From Eledone cirrhosa (taxonomy: Eukaryota): 64,000 nucleotides of DNA. A program made the translations under genes and the position numbers. Below the pieces are notes generated by a model, which ran no database searches, was not told the DNA's origin, and worked only from the letters and a program-made list of their open reading frames with translations. This document shows, in pieces, positions 53,801 through 64,000 of the stretch. The stretch spans positions 48,422,001 through 48,486,000 of the forward strand of contig OZ024745.1 in the NCBI GenBank assembly GCA_964016885.1, in the 5' to 3' direction. Numbering within the stretch: position 1 is the stretch's first letter; each line of letters begins with the position of its first letter.

Positions 53801-56800
53801 TTACAGTGTAGGCTGAGTGCTTTTTGTTGTGACTCCTACATGATCTCTTTACAGTGTAGGCTGAGTGCTTTTTGTTGTGACTCCTACATGATCTCTTTAC
53901 AATGTAGGCTGAGTACTTTTTGTTGTGACTCCTACATGATCTCTTTACAATGTAGGCTGAGTACTTTTTGTTGTGACTCCTACATGATCACTTTACAGTG
54001 TAGGCTGAGTGCTTTTTGTTGTGACTCCTACATTATCTCTTTACAGTGTAGGCTGAGTGCTTTTTGTTGTGACTCCTACATGATCTCTTTACAGTGTAGG
54101 CTGAGTGCTTTTTGTTGTGACTCCTACATTATCTCTTTACAGTGTAGGCTGAGTGCTTTTTGTTGTGACTCCTACATTATCTCTTTACAGTGTAGGCTGA
54201 GTGCTTTTTGTTGTGACTCCTACATGATCTCTTTACAGTGTAGGCTGAGTGCTTTTTGTTGTGACTCCTACATGATCTCTTTACAATGTAGGCTGAGTAC
54301 TTTTTGTTGTGACTCCTACATGATCACTTTACAGTGTAGGCTGAGTGCTTTTTGTTGTGACTCCTACATTATCTCTTTACAGTGTAGGCTGAGTGCTTTT
54401 TGTTGTGACTCCTACATCATCACTTTACAATGTAGGCTGAGTGCTTTTTGTTGTGACTCCTACATGATCTCTTTACAGTGTAGGCTGAGTGCTTTTTGTT
54501 GTGACTCCTACATGATCTCTTTACAGTGTAGGCTGAGTGCTTTTTGTTGTGACTCCTACATCATCACTTTACAATGTAGGCTGAGTGCTTTTTGTTGTGA
54601 CTCCTACATGATCTCTTTACAGTGTAGGCTGAGTGCTTTTTGTTGTGACTCCTACATGATCTCTTTACAGTGTAGGCTGAGTGCTTTTTGTTGTGACTCC
54701 TACATGATCTCTTTACAGTGTAGGCTGAGTACTTTTTGTTGTGACTCCTACATGATCACTTTACAGTGTAGGCTGAGTGCTTTTTGTTGTGACTCCTACA
54801 TTATCTCTTTACAGTGTAGGCTGAGTGCTTTTTGTTGTGACTCCTACATCATCACTTTACAATGTAGGCTGAGTGCTTTTTGTTGTGACTCCTACATGAT
54901 CTCTTTACAGTGTAGGCTGAGTGCTTTTTGTTGTGACTCCTACATGATCTCTTTACAGTGTAGGCTGAGTGCTTTTTGTTGTGACTCCTACATGATCTCT
55001 TTACAATGTAGGCTGAGTGCTTTTTGTTGTGACTCCTACATGATCTCTTTACAATGTAGGCTGAGTGCTTTTTGTTGTGACTCCTACATTATCTCTTTAC
55101 AGTGTAGGCTGAGTGCTTTTTGTTGTGACTCCTACATCATCACTTTACAATGTAGGCTGAGTGCTTTTTGTTGTGACTCCTACATGATCTCTATACAGTG
55201 TAGGCTGAGTGCTTTTTGTTGTGACTCCTACATGATCTCTTTACAGTGTAGGCTGAGTGCTTTTTGTTGTGACTCCTACATGACCTCTTTACAGTGTAGG
55301 CTGAGTACTTTTTGTTGTGACTCCTACATGATCTCTATACAGTGTAGGCTGAGTGCTTTTTGTTGTGACTCCTACATTATCTCTATACAGTGTAGGCTGA
55401 GTGCTTTTTGTTGTGACTCCTACATGATCTCTATACAGTGTAGGCTGAGTGCTTTTTGTTGTGACTCCTACATGATCTCTATACAGTGTAGGCTGAGTGC
55501 TTTTTGTTGTGACTCCTACATGATCTCTTTACAGTGTAGGCTGAGTGCTTTTTGTTGTGACTCCTACATGATCTCTTTACAGTGTAGGCTGAGTGCTTTT
55601 TGTTGTGACTCCTACATCATCACTTTACAATGTAGGCTGAGTGCTTTTTGTTGTGACTCCTACATGATCTCTATACAGTGTAGGCTGAGTGCTTTTTGTT
55701 GTGACTCCTACATTATCTCTATACAGTGTAGGCTGAGTGCTTTTTGTTGTGACTCCTACATGATCTCTTTACAGTGTAGGCTGAGTGCTTTTTGTTGTGA
55801 CTCCTACATGACCTCTTTACAGTGTAGGCTGAGTACTTTTTGTTGTGACTCCTACATGATCTCTATACAGTGTAGGCTGAGTGCTTTTTGTTGTGACTCC
55901 TACATTATCTCTATACAGTGTAGGCTGAGTGCTTTTTGTTGTGACTCCTACATGATCTCTTTACAGTGTAGGCTGAGTGCTTTTTGTTGTGACTCCTACA
56001 TGATCTCTTTACAATGTAGGCTGAGTACTTTTTGTTGTGACTCCTACATTATCTCTATACAGTGTAGGCTGAGTACTTTTTGTTGTGACTCCTACATGAT
56101 CTCTTTACAGTGTAGGCTGAGTGCTTTTTGTTGTGACTCCTACATGATCTCTTTACAGTGTAGGCTGAGTGCTTTTTGTTGTGACTCCTACATCATCACT
56201 TTACAATGTAGGCTGAGTGCTTTTTGTTGTGACTCCTACATGATCTCTATACAGTGTAGGCTGAGTGCTTTTTGTTGTGACTCCTACATTATCTCTATAC
56301 AGTGTAGGCTGAGTGCTTATTGTTGTGACTCCTACATGATCTCTTTACAGTGTAGGCTGAGTGCTTTTTGTTGTGACTCCTACATGACCTCTTTACAGTG
56401 TAGGCTGAGTACTTTTTGTTGTGACTCCTACATGATCTCTATACAGTGTAGGCTGAGTGCTTTTTGTTGTGACTCCTACATTATCTCTATACAGTGTAGG
56501 CTGAGTGCTTTTTGTTGTGACTCCTACATGATCTCTTTACAGTGTAGGCTGAGTGCTTTTTGTTGTGACTCCTACATGATCTCTTTACAATGTAGGCTGA
56601 GTACTTTTTGTTGTGACTCCTACATTATCTCTATACAGTGTAGGCTGAGTACTTTTTGTTGTGACTCCTACATTATCTCTATACAATGTAGGCTGAGTGC
56701 TTTTTGTTGTGACTCCTACATGATCTCTTTACAGTGTAGGCTGAGTGCTTTTTGTTGTGACTCCTACATGATCTCTTTACAGTGTAGGCTGAGTGCTTTT

Positions 56801-59800
56801 TGTTGTGACTCCTACATGATCTCTTTACAATGTAGGCTGAGTGCTTTTTGTTGTGACTCCTACATGATCTCTATACAGTGTAGGCTGAGTGCTTTTTGTT
56901 GTGACTCCTACATGATCTCTTTACAGTGTAGGATGAGTGCTTTTTGTTGTGACTCCTACATTATCTCTTTACAGTGTAGGCTGAGTGCTTTTTGTTGTGA
57001 CTCCTACATGATCACTTTACAGTGTAGGCTGAGTACTTTTTGTTGTGACTCCTACATGATCTCTATACAGTGTAGGCTGAGTGCTTTTTGTTGTGACTCC
57101 TACATTATCTCTTTACAGTGTAGGCTGAGTGCTTTTTGTTGTGACTCCTACATGACCTCTTTACAGTGTAGGCTGAGTGCTTTTTGTTGTGACTCCTACA
57201 TGATCTCTTTACAGTGTAGGCTGAGTGCTTTTTGTTGTGACTCCTACATGATCTCTATACAGTGTAGGCTGAGTGCTTTTTGTTGTGACTCCTACATGAT
57301 CTCTTTACAATGTAGGCTGGGTGCTTTTTGTTGTGACTCCTACATGATCACTTTACAGTGTAGGCTGAGTACTTTTTGTTGTGACTCCTACATGATCTCT
57401 TTACAGTGTAGGCTGAGTACTTTTTGTTGTGACTCCTACATGATCACTTTACAGTGTAGGCTGAGTGCTTTTTGTTGTGACTCCTACATGATCTCTTTAC
57501 AGTGTAGGCTGAGTGCTTTTTGTTGTGACTCCTACATGATCTCTTTACAATGTAGGCTGAGTGTTTTTTGTTGTGACTCCTACATGATCTCTTTACAATG
57601 TAGGCTGAGTGCTTTTTGTTGTGACTCCTACATGATCTCTTTACAATGTAGGCTGAGTGCTTTTTGTTGTGACTCCAACATGATCTCTATACAGTGTAGG
57701 CTGAGTGCTTTTTGTTGTGACTCCTACATTATCTCTTTACAGTGTAGGCTGAGTGCTTTTTGTTGTGACTCCTACATGATCACTTTACAGTGTAGGCTGA
57801 GTACTTTTTGTTGTGACTCCTACATGATCTCTTTACAGTGTAGGCTGAGTGCTTTTTGTTGTGACTCCTACATTATCTCTATACAGTGTAGGCTGAGTAC
57901 TTTTGGTTGTGACTCCTACATTATCTCTATACAATGTAGGCTGAGTGCTTTTTGTTGTGACTCCTACATGACCTCTTTACAGTGTAGGCTGAGTGCTTTT
58001 TGTTGTGACTCCTACATGATCTCTTTACAGTGTAGGCTGGGTGCTTTTTGTTGTGACTCCTACATGATCTCTTTACAGTGTAGGCTGAGTACTTTTTGTT
58101 GTGACTCCTACATTATCTCTATACAGTGTAGGCTGAGTGCTTTTTGTTGTGACTCCTACATGATCTCTTTACAGTGTAGGCTGGGTGCTTTTTGTTGTGA
58201 CTCCTACATGACCTCTTTACAGTGTAGGCTGAGTGCTTTTTGTTGTGACTCCTACATGATCTCTTTACAATGTAGGCTGAGTGCTTTTTGTTGTGACTCC
58301 TACATGATCTCTTTACAGTGTAGGCTGAGTGCTTTTTGTTGTGACTCCTACATGATCTCTTTACAGTGTAGGCTGAGTACTTTTTGTTGTGACTCCTACA
58401 TGATCTCTATACAGTGTAGGCTGAGTGCTTTTTGTTGTGACTCCTACATGATCACTTTACAATGTAGGCTGAGTACTTTTTGTTGTGACTCCTACATGAT
58501 CTCTTTACAGTGTAGGCTGAGTACTTTTTGTTGTGACTCCTACATGATCACTTTACAGTGTAGGCTGAGTACTTTTTGTTGTGACTCCTACATGATCTCT
58601 TTACAGTGTAGGCTGAGTGCTTTTTGTTGTGACTCCTACATGATCTCTTTACAGTGTAGGCTGAGTACTTTTTGTTGTGACTCCTACATGATCTCTTTAC
58701 AGTGTAGGCTGAGTGCTTTTTGTTGTGACTCCTACATTATCACTTTACAATGTAGGCTGAGTGCTTTTTGTTGTGACTCCTACATTATCTCTTTACAGTG
58801 TAGGCTGAGTACTTTTTGTTGTGACTCCTACATCATCACTTTACAGTGTAGGCTGAGTACTTTTTGTTGTGACACCTACATGACCTCTTTACAGTGTAGG
58901 CTGAGTGCTTTTTGTTGTGACTCCTACATCATCACTTTACAGTGTAGGCTGAGTGCTTTTTGTTGTGACTTCTACATGATCTCTATACAGTGTAGGCTGA
59001 GTGCTTTTTGTTGTGACTCCTACATGATCTCTTTACAATGTAGGCTGAGTGCTTTTTGTTGTGACTCCTACATTATCTCTTTACAATGTAGGCTGAGTGC
59101 TATTTGTTGTGACTCCTACATGATCTCTATACAGTGTAGGCTGAGTACTTTTTGTTGTGACTCCTACATGATCTCTTTACAGTGTAGGCTGAGTGCTTTT
59201 TGTTGTGACTCCTACATGATCTCTTTACAATGTAGGCTGAGTGCTTTTTGTTGTGACTCCTACATGATCTCTTTACAGTGTAGGCTGAGTACTTTTTGTT
59301 GTGACTCCTACATGATCTCTATACAGTGTAGGCTGAGTACTTTTTGTTGTGACTCCTACATGATCTCTTTACAGTGTAGGCTGAGTGCTTTTTGTTGTGA
59401 CTCCTACATGATCTCTTTACAATGTAGGCTGAGTGCTTTTTGTTGTGACTCCTACATGATCTCTTTACAGTGTAGGCTGAGTGCTTTTTGTTGTGACTCC
59501 TACATGATCTCTTTACAATGTAGGCTGAGTGCTTTTTGTTGTGACTCCTACATGATCTCTTTACAATGTAGGCTGAGTGCTTTTTGTTGTGACTCCTACA
59601 TTATCTCTTTACAGTGTAGGCTGAGTACTTTTTGTTGTGACTCCTACATGATCTCTTTACAATGTAGGCTGAGTACTTTTTGTTGTGACTCCTACATTAT
59701 CTCTTTACAGTGTAGGCTGAGTACTTTTTGTTGTGACTCCTACATGATCACTTTACAGTGTAGGCTGAGTGCTTTTTGTTGTGACTCCTACATTATCTCT

Positions 59801-62800
59801 TTACAGTGTAGGCTGAGTGCTTTTTGTTGTGACTCCTACATGATCTCTTTACAGTGTAGGCTGAGTGCTTTTTGTTGTGACTCCTACATGATCTCTTTAC
59901 AGTGTAGGCTGAGTGCTTTTTGTTGTGACTCCTACATGATCTCTTTACAATGTAGGCTGAGTACTTTTTGTTGTGACTCCTACATGATCTCTTTACAATG
60001 TAGGCTGAGTACTTTTTGTTGTGACTCCTACATGATCACTTTACAGTGTAGGCTGAGTGCTTTTTGTTGTGACTCCTACATTATCTCTTTACAGTGTAAG
60101 CTGAGTGCTTTTTGTTGTGACTCCTACATGATCTCTTTACAGTGTAGGCTGAGTGCTTTTTGTTGTGACTCCTACATTATCTCTTTACAGTGTAGGCTGA
60201 GTGCTTTTTGTTGTGACTCCTACATTATCTCTTTACAGTGTAGGCTGAGTGCTTTTTGTTGTGACTCCTACATGATCTCTTTACAGTGTAGGCTGAGTGC
60301 TTTTTGTTGTGACTCCTACATGATCTCTTTACAATGTAGGCTGAGTACTTTTTGTTGTGACTCCTACATGATCACTTTACAGTGTAGGCTGAGTGCTTTT
60401 TGTTGTGACTCCTACATTATCTCTTTACAGTGTAGGCTGAGTGCTTTTTGTTGTGACTCCTACATCATCACTTTACAATGTAGGCTGAGTGCTTTTTGTT
60501 GTGACTCCTACATGATCTCTTTACAGTGTAGGCTGAGTGCTTTTTGTTGTGACTCCTACATGATCTCTTTACAGTGTAGGCTGAGTGCTTTTTGTTGTGA
60601 CTCCTACATCATCACTTTACAATGTAGGCTGAGTGCTTTTTGTTGTGACTCCTACATGATCTCTTTACAGTGTAGGCTGAGTGCTTTTTGTTGTGACTCC
60701 TACATGATCTCTTTACAGTGTAGGCTGAGTGCTTTTTGTTGTGACTCCTACATGATCTCTTTACAGTGTAGGCTGAGTACTTTTTGTTGTGACTCCTACA
60801 TGATCACTTTACAGTGTAGGCTGAGTGCTTTTTGTTGTGACTCCTACATTATCTCTTTACAGTGTAGGCTGAGTGCTTTTTGTTGTGACTCCTACATCAT
60901 CACTTTACAATGTAGGCTGAGTGCTTTTTGTTGTGACTCCTACATGATCTCTTTACAGTGTAGGCTGAGTGCTTTTTGTTGTGACTCCTACATGATCTCT
61001 TTACAGTGTAGGCTGAGTGCTTTTTGTTGTGACTCCTACATGATCTCTTTACAATGTAGGCTGAGTGCTTTTTGTTGTGACTCCTACATGATCTCTTTAC
61101 AATGTAGGCTGAGTGCTTTTTGTTGTGACTCCTACATTATCTCTTTACAGTGTAGGCTGAGTGCTTTTTGTTGTGACTCCTACATCATCACTTTACAATG
61201 TAGGCTGAGTGCTTTTTGTTGTGACTCCTACATGATCTCTATACAGTGTAGGCTGAGTGCTTTTTGTTGTGACTCCTACATGATCTCTTTACAGTGTAGG
61301 CTGAGTGCTTTTTGTTGTGACTCCTACATTACCTCTTTACAGTGTAGGCTGAGTACTTTTTGTTGTGACTCCTACATGATCTCTATACAGTGTAGGCTGA
61401 GTGCTTTTTGTTGTGACTCCTACATTATCTCTATACAGTGTAGGCTGAGTGCTTTTTGTTGTGACTCCTACATGATCTCTATACAGTGTAGGCTGAGTGC
61501 TTTTTGTTGTGACTCCTACATGATCTCTATACAGTGTAGGCTGAGTGCTTTTTGTTGTGACTCCTACATGATCTCTTTACAGTGTAGGCTGAGTGCTTTT
61601 TGTTGTGACTCCTACATGATCTCTTTACAGTGTAGGCTGAGTGCTTTTTGTTGTGACTCCTACATCATCACTTTACAATGTAGGCTGAGTGCTTTTTGTT
61701 GTGACTCCTACATGATCTCTATACAGTGTAGGCTGAGTGCTTTTTGTTGTGACTCCTACATTATCTCTATACAGTGTAGGCTGAGTGCTTTTTGTTGTGA
61801 CTCCTACATGATCTCTTTACAGTGTAGGCTGAGTGCTTTTTGTTGTGACTCCTACATGACCTCTTTACAGTGTAGGCTGAGTACTTTTTGTTGTGACTCC
61901 TACATGATCTCTATACAGTGTAGGCTGAGTGCTTTTTGTTGTGACTCCTACATTATCTCTATACAGTGTAGGCTGAGTGCTTTTTGTTGTGACTCCTACA
62001 TGATCTCTTTACAGTGTAGGCTGAGTGCTTTTTGTTGTGACTCCTACATGATCTCTTTACAATGTAGGCTGAGTACTTTTTGTTGTGACTCCTACATTAT
62101 CTCTATACAGTGTAGGCTGAGTACTTTTTGTTGTGACTCCTACATTATCTCTATACAATGTAGGCTGAGTGCTTTTTGTTGTGACTCCTACATGATCTCT
62201 TTACAGTGTAGGCTGAGTGCTTTTTGTTGTGACTCCTACATGATCTCTTTACAGTGTAGGCTGAGTGCTTTTTGTTGTGACTCCTACATCATCACTTTAC
62301 AATGTAGGCTGAGTGCTTTTTGTTGTGACTCCTACATGATCTCTATACAGTGTAGGCTGAGTGCTTTTTGTTGTGACTCCTACATTATCTCTATACAGTG
62401 TAGGCTGAGTGCTTTTTGTTGTGACTCCTACATGATCTCTTTACAGTGTAGGCTGAGTGCTTTTTGTTGTGACTCCTACATGACCTCTTTACAGTGTAGG
62501 CTGAGTACTTTTTGTTGTGACTCCTACATGATCTCTATACAGTGTAGGCTGAGTGCTTTTTGTTGTGACTCCTACATTATCTCTATACAGTGTAGGCTGA
62601 GTGCTTTTTGTTGTGACTCCTACATGATCTCTTTACAGTGTAGGCTGAGTGCTTTTTGTTGTGACTCCTACATGATCTCTTTACAATGTAGGCTGAGTAC
62701 TTTTTGTTGTGACTCCTACATTATCTCTATACAGTGTAGGCTGAGTACTTTTTGTTGTGACTCCTACATTATCTCTATACAATGTAGGCTGAGTGCTTTT

Positions 62801-64000
62801 TGTTGTGACTCCTACATGATCTCTTTACAGTGTAGGCTGAGTGCTTTTTGTTGTGACTCCTACATGATCTCTTTACAGTGTAGGCTGAGTGCTTTTTGTT
62901 GTGACTCCTACATGATCTCTTTACAATGTAGGCTGAGTGCTTTTTGTTGTGACTCCTACATGATCTCTATACAGTGTAGGCTGAGTGCTTTTTGTTGTGA
63001 CTCCTACATGATCTCTTTACAGTGTAGGATGAGTGCTTTTTGTTGTGACTCCTACATTATCTCTTTACAGTGTAGGCTGAGTGCTTTTTGTTGTGACTCC
63101 TACATGATCACTTTACAGTGTAGGCTGAGTACTTTTTGTTGTGACTCCTACATGATCTCTATACAGTGTAGGCTGAGTGCTTTTTGTTGTGACTCCTACA
63201 TTATCTCTTTACAGTGTAGGCTGAGTGCTTTTTGTTGTGACTCCTACATGACCTCTTTACAGTGTAGGCTGAGTCCTTTTTGTTGTGACTCCTACATGAT
63301 CTCTTTACAGTGTAGGCTGAGTGCTTTTTGTTGTGACTCCTACATGATCTCTATACAGTGTAGGCTGAGTGCTTTTTGTTGTGACTCCTACATGATCTCT
63401 TTACAATGTAGGCTGGGTGCTTTTTGTTGTGACTCCTACATGATCACTTTACAGTGTAGGCTGAGTACTTTTTGTTGTGACTCCTACATGATCTCTTTAC
63501 AGTGTAGGCTGAGTACTTTTTGTTGTGACTCCTACATGATCACTTTACAGTGTAGGCTGAGTGCTTTTTGTTGTGACTCCTACATGATCTCTTTACAGTG
63601 TAGGCTGAGTGCTTTTTGTTGTGACTCCTACATGATCTCTTTACAATGTAGGCTGAGTGTTTTTTGTTGTGACTCCTACATGATCTCTTTACAATGTAGG
63701 CTGAGTGCTTTTTGTTGTGACTCCTACATGATCTCTTTACAATGTAGGCTGAGTGCTTTTTGTTGTGACTCCTACATGATCTCTTTACAATGTAGGCTGA
63801 GTGCTTTTTGTTGTGACTCCTACATTATCTCTTTACAATGTAGGCTGAGTGCTTTTTGTTGTGACTCCTACATGATCTCTTTACAATGTAGGCTGAGTGT
63901 TTTTTGTTGTGACTCCTACATGATCTCTTTACAATGTAGGCTGAGTGCTTTTTGTTGTGACTCCTACATGATCTCTTTACAATGTAGGCTGAGTGTTTTT
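44890..64000. repeat. 48-bp tandem satellite, about 398 units, runs off the window end
   Basis: Consensus TTTACAGTGTAGGCTGAGTGCTTTTTGTTGTGACTCCTACATGATCTC with about 6 common variable sites. A 1-nt insertion lies at about 48861. Confidence 0.98.

Noticed and set aside
44890-64000. CRISPR-like appearance of the regular array
   Set aside because: Units are contiguous with no unique spacers, there are no cas genes, and the context is eukaryotic.

Overview
Repeat-dominated eukaryotic DNA with no intact host gene that I can support. The microsatellite and SINE content resembles a cephalopod (octopus-like) genome, which is an inference. 1-20 kb is long TA-rich microsatellite tracts packed with 5'-truncated LINEs: three RTE-clade families (A and C show a PHD-type finger inserted in the RT; only the 3' end of B is present) and a CR1-like element, plus mariner and hAT transposase relics. 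20-45 kb is decayed tRNA-SINEs, Tx1/L1 and CR1 3' ends and MITEs. Within it, 34-40 kb holds a cluster of short TA-flanked elements carrying hammerhead-ribozyme motifs of the Penelope pseudo-LTR/retrozyme type. One motif has an intact core inside a 176-bp inverted repeat, and one element copy begins exactly at the predicted GUC cleavage site of its relative. 44.9-64 kb is a 48-bp satellite of about 398 units that aligns ungapped (41/48) to the antisense RTE 3'UTR and has nested higher-order periods (432 bp, about 3.3 kb, 6048/6096 bp). Coordinates were read by eye and are approximate.
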